Shown here: positions 25,290 through 37,323 of the stretch, piece after piece
Position numbering within the stretch: the stretch's first letter is position 1
How the letters are laid out: every line of letters starts with the position of its first letter
From: Felis catus
Taxonomy: Eukaryota
Direction: 5' to 3'
Length of the DNA stretch: 64,000 nucleotides
NCBI RefSeq assembly: GCF_018350175.1
Contig: NC_058368.1
Location: 105,402,001-105,466,000, forward strand
The notes under the pieces: model-generated
The model's input: only the letters and a program-made list of their open reading frames with translations
Databases searched by the model: none
What the model was told of the DNA's origin: nothing
Translations under genes and position numbers: made by a program

Positions 25290-26284
25290 TAGGTAATTGC
25301 TCTTATTTGAAGGCCAAAGTGGCATCCATGGGAACTAGATACTTTCACTTGGGTGAAACCTGTAGTGATATGAAATTGCAGATGTGAACTACATTTATTA
25401 TACAGCATAAACATCAACACCTTCCGAAGACAAAGGATGAGTTTAGCTCTGCAGCTAAAACTAACCAAGAGAGCAATTTTGTAGAGCATAGGCAGACCTC
25501 ACTGATTCCATGGGCCCCCAGGATGTTGCATTCCCTTCAGATGTCTCAGTGGCTGGTGGGCAGCTGGTGGAGGAGAGGTCAGAGTGAGCAGTACCATTAA
25601 TCAATAGTGTAGAGGCATGCCGGGCGGCTGGGGGGTCAGGGAGGAGGAGAGACTTAATAAAGTGGGGATAAGAAGAGCAGTGGATTCTGAGAAGATAAAT
25701 TACTGGGTTCTGAACAAGAAAAATCACACTGGGGACTATGGGAATGGCTAATGTCTAAACTTTGAGTTGTCATGAAATCTGGCTTGCCCTTGGAATGGTT
25801 TTATTTATATAATTTCTGATAATCTGAATAAGTTACAGATTTCTATCATTCCAAATTTCTGCCCCAAAAGTTTAAAGTATCAGTATGTTCAGAGGTTATA
25901 CTAGTGGAGTTTGCAAATATATCTATATCTATAGACATAGATATACATGTATATGTATATTCTTTTAGTAATGAATTCATAGATTTGTCCATTATTCAAT
26001 TTACTCCAAGTATAACTTGGGCTTGTAATTAGTGGTTCTATATTTAAATTCTCAAGTACAAAATAATCACACACAATCCACTCATTTCAGAGAGATGCAG
26101 TGGATAGCATTTCTTTAAACATTGATAAAGATTTACTTCATTTTCCCTATGATAATTGTCCTACAAGCGCTACTATGTCTAAGTTTTATAGTGTTTTAAA
26201 GCAAAACTCAGGGAAATTTACACAAGTTGAGTATATCAAGTAAACAGAAATTTTTAGATGTTTGTTTAAAATATAAATACAGCA

Positions 26285-26357
26285 GGGCACCTGGGTGGCT
26301 CAGTAGATTAAGCGTCTGATTCTAGATTTCAGTTCAGGTCATGATCTTACAGTTTGT
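26285..26357 (+). mobile_element. 3'-truncated CanSINE head
   Basis: gggcacctgggtggctcag...caggtcatgatcttacagtttgtg, then abrupt end. Confidence 0.9.
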
Positions 26358-26358
26358 G

Positions 26359-26597
26359 TTTATTTTTTTATTTAATTTTTTTTTAATGTTTATTTATTTT
26401 TGAGAGAGAGAGAGAGAGAGAGAGACAGAGCGCGAGCAGGGGAAAGGCAGAGAGGGAGGGAGACACAGAATTCGAAGCAGGCTCCAGGCTCTGAGCTGTC
26501 AGCACAAACCCCGATTCACCGCTGGAACTCACAAACTGTGAGATCATGACGAGAGCTGAAGTTGGATGCTTAACTGACTGAGCCACACGGGTGCCCC
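26359..26597 (-). mobile_element. CanSINE
   Basis: Full reverse body with (GA)n. Confidence 0.95.
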
Positions 26598-26604
26598 TGT
26601 TGTA

Positions 26605-26845
26605 ATTTATTTTTTAATTGATGTATTTAATTGACATATAGTTGACATGCAATGTTACATTGGTTTTAAGTGCACCCCATTGGTTTTAATCATCTCAGTG
26701 ATTCAACTTTTCTATAAGTTATGCTATGCTCCCCACAAATTTAACTACCATCTGTCGCCTTGCAACGATATTCCAATGCCATTGACTCTACTCCCTATGC
26801 TGTACTTTTCATCCTAGTGACTCATTCATTCTATAAGTGGAAGCT
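26605..26845 (-). mobile_element. Carnivore L1 3' end
   Basis: tagttgacatgcaatgttacattggttttaagtg...tccctatgctgtacttttcatcc; flanking ttgtaattta repeat. Confidence 0.8.
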
Positions 26846-27111
26846 AGCACATTGTAATTTAGATTAATCTAATTCCCTTCGTGGTATAATGCTAAGATAT
26901 TGCCAGAAATGCTCCCTTGATAATCTTATGTCTTATCCTGGTCACTGTTTGGTATAAGTAAAGCACTATCAAAATTAGAAGATAGAAAAGAGGAGACATT
27001 TGCTAGTACAGTCACCATATCTTGATAAAGTGCTTGTAAAAAGCAAAAACTCTGAGCATCAGCTGCTCAGATATAAACTACATTTAAAGGAATATGGTTA
27101 TTTGGGGGACT

Positions 27112-27337
27112 TTTTCTTTTTTTAATTTTTTTTTAACGTTTATTTATTTTTGAGACAGAGAGAGACAGAGCATGAACGGGGGTGGGGCAGAGACAGAGGG
27201 AGACACAGAATCTGAAACAGGCTCCAGGCTCTGAGCTGTCAGCACAGAGCCTGACTCGGGGCTAGAACTCACGGACCGTGAGATCATGACCTGAGCCGAA
27301 GTCGGACGCTTAACCGGCTGAACCACCCAGGCGCCCC
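27112..27337 (-). mobile_element. Felid SINE
   Basis: CpG-rich; degenerate TSD ttgg..gactttttc. Confidence 0.96.
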
Positions 27338-28064
27338 TTGGAAGACTTTTTCAAACATGAATTAGGATCAGTTTTGCTGCTATTGTAGGATTAGCAGAAA
27401 TCCATCAATTAACATCATTTTTTTAAGTGAAAGATGACCAACATTCAAGAATTTGCATAGACCACAATAAGGAAGTATAGATTTTTTTACATTTGTTTCT
27501 TTTCTCATGTCCAAGAGAATTATGAATTGCTTAGACATGCTTGGCCCAAGGGCATAGATGACAACTAAATGCAGTAATGCTTGCCCTATGGTTTTCAGAC
27601 TTGATTAAAATGACTGGTGGAATAAATGTGTGTTGTGGTTGATACCCTTCTAAATTTAATGGAAAACACTATAATTACAGCCAATCTTATGTGATGCTCT
27701 GAACAAATATTTATACTATGAAATGCAGACAGCTTTGTCCCATTTATGACCTGTAACATGGCTTAGAAATTATACCTTAACTGGATGCTTTGATATAATT
27801 AAATATATATTTAGCTGACTACCTAAGGTTTGCATGACAAAAATAAAAACACCAGCCAATGGGTTTGGGTTTTTTGTTTGTTTGTTTGTTTTAGTTTCTC
27901 TAAGAATTACTTATGTCTGAAGTCAAATGCAATTATTTTTCAAGTAATGCCTACTAGAGAGAATAAGAACAAAAAATACTGCACTTTTTTTCTCTCCAAA
28001 AAGGGCTTCGACAGATGCAACATTTAGGGGCTCAGAGAAATCTATATCAGAAAGACACTTGGAG

Positions 28065-28272
28065 GGTGGCTCTTAGGTGGCTCTGTTGGTTAAGTGTCCA
28101 ACTCTTGATTCGACTCAGGTCATGATCTCATGGTTCGTGAGTTCGAGCCCTGCAACAGGCTCTTCACTGACAGCGAGGATCCTGCTTGGGATTCTCTCTC
28201 CCTCTCTCCCTGCCCCTCCCCTGCTTGCTCGCTCTGTCTTTCTCAAAAATAAATAAATAAAATAAAAAAGAA
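28065..28272 (+). mobile_element. CanSINE
   Basis: Perfect 16-bp TSD agaaagacacttggag. Confidence 0.96.
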
Positions 28273-28966
28273 AGAAAGACACTTGGAGAAACCACACTAC
28301 AAAATGGAACTGTTTATCCTATTTCAAATACAAGTAGAATTAAAACCTTTTACTTAGATTTATTCACTCTTCATCACCTTTACTGTCTTTCATTTCTTCT
28401 TTAAATTATTCCTGATAGCACAAATCTCTCCTCCCACGATTCAAGTCCAATTCCTATTTTCCACCTTCAGTGGTGATAAAGTCACCAGCTGGGACCTGTA
28501 GCATGCAGTAACCTCCAATAGAAACATTTACACCAGTTCACAAAAAAATGCTTTGTACTGTTAAGGATGGCTTATAAAACATGGTTTCTATTAAAATTGG
28601 GTTTGCTGGTGAAGGCTCAGCACGTGTCACGCAGACTGAGGTAGAGTTCCCTCTCAGCGTTCTTTATTTAATTATACCCAATGACCAAGAACTCACTTTA
28701 GGGTCATATCCCACTATCCCTTTCCCTAATGAGAGGCAGGTGGGTGGTGAGGTGAGGGAGTAGTGGTTTATTTCTCTTTCACATCAAACTCCTGAGATAC
28801 GTCATACATGACTGCCACTTACATCCCATGTTCCTGCACTGAATGATTCGGCTGTTCCCAGCTGGGAGAGAGAAAAGGAGATGCAGCCTGAATCGGGGCA
28901 GCCATGTGCCCCGATGAACACCGAGGATTTTGTTTTTTTAAAGGAAGTAGGTTTAGAAACAATCTC

Positions 28967-29161
28967 TAATGCTTATTTATTTATGAGAGAGCACAAGAGG
29001 GGGAGGGGAAGAGAGAGGGAGACAGAGAATCCGAAGGAGGCTTTTTGTGCTGACAGGCTGACAGCAGCAGTGAGCCTGATGTGGGGATCAAACTCATGAA
29101 CTCTGAGACCAACACCTGAGCTGAAATCGACGCTCAACTGACTGAGCCACCCAGGGCCCCC
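28967..29161 (-). mobile_element. CanSINE
   Basis: Reverse head ctgagccacccagggcccc. Confidence 0.92.
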
Positions 29162-30639
29162 AACCAAAGCTTTATAAACCGAGAATAACTGAAAAGTGGA
29201 CTTGGGGCATCAACCAGCAGTCTCTTTCACATTACACAACATGTATTTTAATACTGAATTCATCAGTGCTTAGGATCTGTTATAGGAATTTCTTTAATCC
29301 TAGTTGACCCTCACCCAGACTAACATCATTCATAGTTTTCAAACTATTCGATTTAAGTATTGTGCTTCATGAGGAGGAAAAAAAAATCAATTAGATGGTA
29401 CAGAGGAAAAAAATAATGTCTCTAAGCATCAGGTGACCAAGAGTTTGCAATAAGGCATGTTCATGGTATATGTTAGAAGTCAAGAAAATTATTACAAAAA
29501 TAGATTTCACTGTAAGGAAATCTCTTATTTAAATTAAGTTATTTATTTATTAAATACTTGGGCCTCATCTTTTTTTCTAGTGACTCGTTGCATGTTCTCA
29601 AAATAATACGACATATTACATTAAAGCGACAGGACTCAGTTAAAAAAACTTAGCTTTGTTTGGTAATTCTAAAACGTGGCCAATTTCTTACCACAGCAGA
29701 ACATTTCAAGGTGCTTCACAAAAGATGTACAATTACTTAGCAATTGTAATGCAATCTGTGGTCCCAAGATAAGGATTGAAAGTAGAAGGAAACAAATGAG
29801 TCATTACAACTATTAGCTTCTATTTTGGATAAGATTATAAAGGAATGGCCTGCCTTCAATCTTAGCTACTTCCTATGCCAATATGCACGAAGAATGTAGG
29901 TGTGGTAAATAAAACACAAGAAGCTATTTTAACACATTTTCATAACTTCTTGCACATACTTTTAAAATGAGTTCATTGGACACAATCTGATCATCAAAAA
30001 AATTATACTACATAAAAATTAAAAGAAAAACAAGACACCTTTCCCTCTTTTTGTTAAAAAGCTCCTGATTTGGTATCTTACAAAGCCCTACATACTTGCA
30101 TTCTACATAGTATGATTTAAATGATCCATACTGAAACTTTCAATATTTAAAAGTTTTTCTTTTCCTCTTTGCCCAGGACTACTAGGTATACAATTACTAA
30201 CACTTCGAGGTTTCTGCGCTTTGTGGAAGAGTTGGGGGACAATTAGACACAGATAAATTTTTTCTTCGAAATTAGATGCTTTTCTGACCTACTTCAGCCT
30301 CAAGCAAAGAGTCATTCTTTGATCCCCACTCCCCGATGGGTTCACAGCTTCATCAATGACATCTTGGCTTTCCTGACCTTGTCTACTTTTGACTTAACTC
30401 TGTCCTTGGTAAACATACACAAAAACCTGAAGGAATTCCTTGAAAAGATGATTAATAGAACAGTAAACACAAAGCTGGGGTTTCCAGTGAGGATATTCTA
30501 GGATGACTTTAATTAGATTTCAAACTAAAGACCTCTAGCAGATAATTCAGACAGTGAAAGCTCATAGAAATCACAAGTTCTGTCCTGCTGAATCTGTATA
30601 CCTAGTGTTCAGTGCTTTTTCTTTAGAATTTGTATCAAC

Positions 30640-30860
30640 AGCTAACATTTATGGAGCATACACTGTTGTATGGGCAGTATGCATGTTCTAATCAAATCCT
30701 CACTACAATCTATATGATAGGAATCATTTTGTATCACGTTTTACTCTCAAGGTAATTGGGCCTCAAGGAGATCAAGCATTTTCCAAGGCTAAGATGTGGC
30801 AAAGGGGAGATATCCACATAGGCAGTCTTACTCCATAGCCCATGTTCTTGCTCCCCACAC
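30640..30860 (-). mobile_element. MIR
   Basis: acagctaacatttatggagca...aatcctcactacaatc. Confidence 0.7.
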
Positions 30861-31284
30861 TAAATCATTTTCCTTTTTTCCTCGCAATCTAAGTCATAGC
30901 TGCAAAACACATTTCTCTTAAAAACAAAATTAAAGACACCTTGGAAACATTTATAAGTTTTGTGGCTCTATTTGCATAATATTTGGGTTGATGCTTCCTT
31001 CTCACATAGCTACTCTCAACTCTCCTTCCATCCATAGGGCTACAGTCAAAGCACTAATGTGCCAGTCTTCTAGACCACAGTTTATTGATCCAAGTGTGTG
31101 CACCTGACTGAAGATGATCCACCAAGACCTTTTCCAAGGTATATAGAGTTGGTTGAGGGTCTAGTTTTAGTCTGGCTCTCTACTTCAATGGTGAACACAT
31201 AAACTTAGAAGGTGGTAGCAGTGGCCATTTTCTACCACACAGACCAAGTAAGAAGGAAAACAGGTTAAAATAAAGAAATAAATG

Positions 31285-31305
31285 AAAGCAAGCAAGAAAG
31301 CTAGC

Positions 31306-31352
<47 letters not shown>
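31285..31352. repeat. (GAAA)n microsatellite
   Basis: Direct reading. Confidence 0.95.
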
Positions 31353-31356
<4 letters not shown>

Positions 31357-31418
31357 GTAGGTTGGTGTGTGGTGGAAAAAAAAAATAAAGCAAGGCTTAC
31401 AGAAAAGCAAAGGTGATT

Positions 31419-31629
31419 GGGGCGCCTGGATGGCTCAGTCGGTTAAGCATCCAACTTCAGCTCAGGTCATGATCTCCCAGTTTGTGGGTTTGAGCCCCGT
31501 GTTGGGGACTGTGCTGACCAGTTCAGAGAGCCTGGAGTCTGCTTCTGATTCTGTGTCTCCTTCTCCCTCTCTGCTCCTCCCCCGTTCGCTCTCTCTCTCT
31601 CTCTCTCTCTCTTTCAAAAATAAATAAAA
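31419..31629 (+). mobile_element. CanSINE
   Basis: ggggcgcctggatggctcag head. Confidence 0.95.
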
Positions 31630-31630
31630 G

Positions 31631-31632
31631 GA

Positions 31633-31688
<56 letters not shown>

Positions 31689-31689
31689 A
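31631..31689. repeat. (GAAA)n microsatellite in SINE tail
   Basis: Direct reading. Confidence 0.95.
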
Positions 31690-31713
31690 AAGTAGAGTTC
31701 CTGGGTTTACTAT

Positions 31714-32192
31714 AGTGGATAGATTGCAAAACAGGCACCCTTCACTACCCCCCCTCCTATATGCCACTTTCCAGCTCTTCCTGGATCCTGGTATCTCACC
31801 TCTTCAATCTGGGCTTAATATGTGACTTGGTGAAAGTGACACACTACCAGTTTCTAACTTAAATCACAAGAAGCCTTGCTTTCTCTTTGACCCATCCAGT
31901 CCCTGAGAAATGCTTGGCTAGTTTGCTGAAAGGGGAAGGACCATAGCTATAGTGCCCCATCCAAGGTCACCCTAATAAACCAGGCTGCAAATGACTTACC
32001 AGCTAACCAATGAGATATGAAGAAACGCAGCTGAGATCATCCACATCCCCCTCGCCAGATGAAAAGAACTACCCAACCAACCCACACACTTATGAAAAAT
32101 GATAAATGGTTGTTATTAGAAGCCACGGAGTCTTGGGTTATTATCATATACTACTAAGTCTGGGTTTGTTGTGCAGTACTGGCTAACTGATG
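31714..32192 (+). mobile_element. MLT1 (G/H-like) LTR
   Basis: gatagattgcaaaa start; ataaatggttgttattagaagccac...gtttgttgtgcag...gctaactgat end. Confidence 0.65.
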
Positions 32193-32471
32193 TAGTTACC
32201 TGCGGGGCTTCCATCCATGGTTCAGGTGGCCTGGATATATCCCAGGACTAAGGATCCAAGGCTCGCACTTAAAATCTTAAATTTTCCAATTTGTCTTAGG
32301 TTCCCTCAGCTGAGATTCCATTATTTGCAACCGAAAGAATCCTAACTAAGTAGGGTTTTATTGAATTTGAGAAGAGCAGGGACAACATCTTACCCTCACA
32401 CACAGTCCGGTAAAAGGTAACTAGGTGTGTGATAGTACAGCTCAAGGATACTGGGTAAGGGACAGGGGGTC

Positions 32472-33262
32472 TGTTAATCAACTTCCAGTCAAGAAAAACA
32501 AAAGCCAAATGGAATATTTCAACTAGAGAACATTTAATGCAAGGAATTGATTATAAAAGCAATGCAAGAGAGAAAACAGGGAAGGAGGGGAGGTGGAAGA
32601 TGAACACCAAGAGGAGGGGCGCCTAGTGGCTCAGTTGGTTGAGCATCCAACTTTGGCTCAGGTCACGGTCTCATGGTTTGGTTGGTGAGTTTGAGCCCTG
32701 TGTCGAGCTCTGCACTGACACCATGGAGCCTGCTTCAGATTCTCTGTCTTCCTCACTCTATCCCTCCCCTGCTCTCTCTTGCTCTCTCTCACTCTCTCAA
32801 AAATAAATAAACATTAAAAAAAACAAAACAAAACAACAACAAAAAAAAACATGAGGAGTGACAACCAAAGAATAGAATCTGCCAATACTTCTAGGCTGGG
32901 GTTCATATGCTTATACTGACCACGGTTCTGATTGAGACACTACTGTAGTTAGCTGTTGATCTGCTGACAAGATGTCACCCCAACCAAGAATGGAACTTTG
33001 GAAACACTGTCACTGTAGTAAATAACATCACTGCTGCCTGAGACATTGTCAGAAATGGAAAGCCATAGGTAAATCCCTTTCCCTCATTTCCTGCCTTCCA
33101 GCATCCTGCCATTGCCTCCCATTGGCGGTCCTAAACCAGGAGCCCGCTGGTAAGGGGCACCAAGAAATGTAACCTGCAGACTTTCAGCTCTCTAGAATAT
33201 TGGAAAAGCAGAGAAGAAAAGCAGCAACAGAACTGAAAAGCCAACCAACAAGTGACTGGTAC
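32472..33262 (-). mobile_element. LTR33-like ERVL LTR, split by a SINE
   Basis: tccagtcaagaaaaacaaaagcc...tatttcaactagagaacatttaatgcaaggaattg and tgcctcccattggc motifs. Confidence 0.55.
32616..32850 (+). mobile_element. CanSINE
   Basis: Head, CT tract, A/CAAAA tail. Confidence 0.95.
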
Positions 33263-33729
33263 GAGGGAGGTAGCAATTAACTTTATGAAAAGTATCTTGG
33301 AGAGCTGTTAAAGAATCTTCATGGTGAAAATAAGGTAAAAAGAAGCTGAGTTACCTCCATTCAAGAACTTGCAGAAATGGACAAGGAGGGTGTCACCAGT
33401 GTTGAAGACTGGTGGGTCTACCCCTGCATGTGCACTGAACAATGTCTACTCTTGACAGAACCCTATAGGAGGGGCAGGGAAATCTGAAAAAAAAAAAAAA
33501 AAAAAAGACTGGCATTGAATTTTCCTCCACCCAGTAAAAAATAAATCAAGAAGATTAAATTTTGTTTGGAGAAATAAAAGAATATGACTTTTCTTACAAT
33601 GAGATCATTCAAGTGAGAGTCATATGAACTACAGAGTGGTGGGGTTCCAAGAGGCCTCAGCATTCAATATAGCATGGGATGGATACGGAAACTGGGGTTT
33701 AATGACATGCCTAAGGAATCCACATGTCT

Positions 33730-33939
33730 TTTATTCTTTACTTTTTTCTTTAGAGAGAGACAGAGAAAGTGTGGGCATGTGCACACGTGTGAAAGCAGGG
33801 GAAGGGCAAAAGGAGAGATAGAATCTCATGCAGGCTCCACACTCCACACACACGGGGCTCAATTCCACTACTGCAAGATCACAACATGAGCCAAAATCAA
33901 AAGTCGGATGCCTAACAGACTGAGACACCCAGGCACCCC
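33730..33939 (-). mobile_element. Diverged CanSINE
   Basis: Reverse head acccaggcacccc; degenerate TSD agga...cacat.tctt. Confidence 0.9.
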
Positions 33940-34701
33940 AGGACTACACATTTCTTACAGAGCCAGGTGCACGGACTTCTGAACATCCTCCCGGACCATG
34001 CAACCACCACAAACTATCTAATAGTACATCAGAAATAGACCACCATGAGCTCCACTCTGAATGCTTCAATGTGTCTGTGGCCAGATTTCTACTTTTGTTT
34101 CATTGGTGGTGATGTTGGCAGGTTTTTTTTTAATCATGTAACCAGTGTATGAATATTTTCTCATTGCAATAACTCAAAAGTATACGTAAGCCTAAAGCAT
34201 GAAAATGGAGTCTCCCTTTGCCACCTCCTGGCACAGTTAAGACCCTTCTCAGAGAATGAGGGCAGGAGCTGAGACTACTAATCAAGGAACTTGAATTTGT
34301 ACCTTTATTGAAAGTTGGCCAACTGAAACCTGGATGGAAAAGATAAAAGCCTACAAAACTGTCAAAGGAGTGAACTGGTTATTATTGTTTGTTTTGTAGT
34401 ATTGAATCAACTTGTAGGGCAGATTGTTTCTTTGATCTAAAAATCCTGAATAGGCCATTTACCTAGTGAGAATTAAGCTGATCCCTCATCTGCATAAAAG
34501 GTGTTTGAAATGTTGAGGTCCCCAAAACGCGAATGCTTTAGTACAAAAAGATTCACACAGGACGCTGCCTATACAGTACTTAATGTACCAGGGTATTATT
34601 CTGTTCGAGAGAAACGATTTGTTTTATACATTTGGCATGAGATCTCACTGTCCTAAGAATACCACTTGTTCTTATACGTGAGTGTATACATTTGTTTGCA
34701 G

Positions 34702-34848
34702 GCTTGCTGACAGGAAATTGGGAGTTGAGCTCTGAGAAGCTGAAGAAGGAATTTTCTTTAGAGTCATGGCACATGGCAGTGCTGCGTGGAGGCCCGCGAG
34801 AGGGTTGGCGGGTTTCTAAGTACTGTGAGCTGGAAGATTCCTTGAAAG
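34702..34848 (+). other. Candidate exon (147 nt, phase 1-1), product unrecognised
   Basis: Acceptor tttgtttgcag|G, donor AAG|gtaagg, open frame LLTGNWELSSEKLKKEFSLESWHMAVLRGGPREGWRVSKYCELEDSLK; CpG-enriched. Confidence 0.3.
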
Positions 34849-35886
34849 GTAAGGGGCACCATTAACAGTGGTGACGGTAAGGCTCCTTTTAGGGGCCATG
34901 TCAGTGAACATGGACCCACGGAGAAAAGAAGTGGTATATCCAGCCTCCTGGAGATCAAGGCAAACCAAACACACAATAAGAAGTAATCAAATAATTAAAT
35001 ATTAAATTGAACCCAGTTTTTAATGACAGATGATTAAAGCTTGCAATTACCAGTTATAATGTATATAAATATATGCCCTCTAAAATTTTGTTTTTTGAAA
35101 GCATATACACCAAAACTTAACACAGGCTATTTCTAGATAACAGGATTAAAATGCTTACAAATTCTTTCTGTATATTTTCTATTTTTTCCAGAAATATATG
35201 TATGCTAGCTGTGTAATTTTTTAATAGGTAAAAATTTTACCTAAGGAGGGAAACAAACAAACAAAAAAATGTATACTACATTTGAGTTAAGATGAACACC
35301 TGCTCTGTTTTAGGCTTATGTGATAGTTCTTGAAAAGCATATGAAAACACACATCTTTTACTTTCTGGAATATCATTAAATAAAATATAATTTCCATCCA
35401 TTAGTGACTAGATTATCTGGAACAACAGTATTTGGGTGTGTACTGATAATCTGGTAAACATAGTCCTTTATACTAGTCACTTGAGGTTTGGACTGTTTAT
35501 TTATTCCTAGGGGAAGATGATAGGACTCTGATGGGACAACTCATCTGGCACATAGATCTGCAGGCCTCTGAAGTTACTTCTTTGGTCCTGTTTGCCACAC
35601 AGTTAACACCTTCAGGTTCTGCAGAACGCTGACAGAAAGAATAAACAAGATATCTGCGTCTACCTGTTTGCTCTGGCAGAAAGAACATGTATACATGAAA
35701 TCTTAAAGATAGACCTTTATTATTTAAATACATATAGGGTGATCAAATATCTTTGACCAATTCTAGATATTGTCAGGCTTTTGCCTCCAAAAATGTAGCT
35801 TAAAAACAGGGAACTTTACACTTTACATGAGTGAAATGAGTGAATCGTATGACATGTGAAATATATCTCAATAAAGTTGTTTTTAA

Positions 35887-35903
35887 TTTTTTTAATATTT
35901 ATT

Positions 35904-35944
<41 letters not shown>

Positions 35945-36103
35945 AGGGGAGGGGCAGAAAGACAGGGAGACAAAGAATCTGAAGCAGTCTCCATGCTCTG
36001 AGCTGTCAGCACAGAGCCCTATGGGGGGTTCAAACCCACAAACTGTGAGATCATGACCTGAGCCAAAGTCAGATGCTTAACCGACTGAGCCACCCAGGCA
36101 CCC
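35887..36103 (-). mobile_element. CanSINE inserted in the tail of an L1M 3' remnant (35815-35885)
   Basis: TSD caataaag(t/c)tgtttttaa. Confidence 0.95.
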
Positions 36104-36433
36104 CAATAAAGCTGTTTTTAAAAAAGAGGAGACTAGAACAGAAGTATGTCACAGAAGTGACATACTGGAACAATAAAGAAAACACATTTCCCTGAACTCA
36201 AAAATATATAATATAAAAATAAAAATAAATTATTATTTATTAAATAATAAATAATCTTATTATCTTAATAAATATCTTAATAAATATCTTCAATGAATGA
36301 AGATAGTCTAAAAAGAGAGATCCACTTAATCAATTTGTTTTTAAAATAAGCATAATATGTATAATTTAGGATATGGAGCATTGGTAAAAATATAAGAAAC
36401 GGCTAACCCCCAACCACTAAATGTTAGAAACAT

Positions 36434-36491
36434 TTTTTTTATGTTTATTTATTTTTGAGAAGGAGAGAGACAGAGCGTGACTGGGGGAGGG

Positions 36492-36531
<40 letters not shown>

Positions 36532-36658
36532 CTGGAGCCGGCTCCAGGCTCTGAGCTGTCAGCACTTAGTCCAATGCAAGGGCTCGAAGCCATGAACCGT
36601 GAGATCATGACCTGAGTGGAAATCAGATACTCAACTGACTGAGCCACCCAGGCAATCC
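36434..36658 (-). mobile_element. CanSINE
   Basis: TSD atgttagaaacat. Confidence 0.95.
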
Positions 36659-36989
36659 ATGTTAGAAACATCTACATGCAAACTGTAGAATTACAATTGA
36701 TTTGTAACATTATTTTGAGTACACAGAAAAAATATAGAAGGGAATCAAAATTCTAGAAATGTAAATATAAATCAAATTATAAAGGGAATTTTACGACCTG
36801 AGAACGGTATATGCCGTGGTCAACCTCCAAGATGAGGCCCAGTGATTCCTACCTCCTGGTATCCCTACACTACATATCCCACCCCACACCCCTCTCTGCC
36901 CTCATGGTAGAAGGTTCTGTGTGCCACAGCATATGGCAGAAGTGATGGATTGTCACTTTTGTTTGTTTTGTTTTTTAAAGATTTTATTT

Positions 36990-37217
36990 TTTTATTTTTT
37001 TTAAATTTTTTTAAAACATTTATTTATTTTTGAGACAGAGAGAGACAGAACATGAACGGGGGAGGGGCAGAGAGAGAGGGAGACACAGAATCGGAAGCAG
37101 GCTCCAGGCTCTGAGCCATCAGCCCAGAGCCTGACGCGGGGCTCGAACTCACGGACCGCGAGATCGTGACCTGAGCCCAAGTCAGACGCTCAACCGACTG
37201 AGCCACCCAGGAGCCCC
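36990..37217 (-). mobile_element. Young felid SINE nested in the tail of an older SINE
   Basis: CpG-rich; TSD taaagattttattttt. Confidence 0.95.
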
Positions 37218-37323
37218 TAAAGATTTTATTTTTAAGTAATCTCTGCACCCAAAGTGGGGCTTGAACTTACAACCCTGAGATCAAGAACTGCGTGCTCTAC
37301 CGACTGAACCACCCAGGCACCCC
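37218..37323 (-). mobile_element. Short old CanSINE (tRNA-Lys-like)
   Basis: aagtaatctctgcaccc...ccctgagatcaaga; outer TSD tggattgtca(c/g)ttttg. Confidence 0.9.

Noticed and set aside
25918..25945. About 28-bp near-perfect AT palindrome
   Set aside because: Explained by low-complexity (TA)-type sequence
30177..30270. Strong plus-strand acceptor ttttcttttcctctttgcccag
   Set aside because: Stops in all three frames within about 80 nt and no convincing donor
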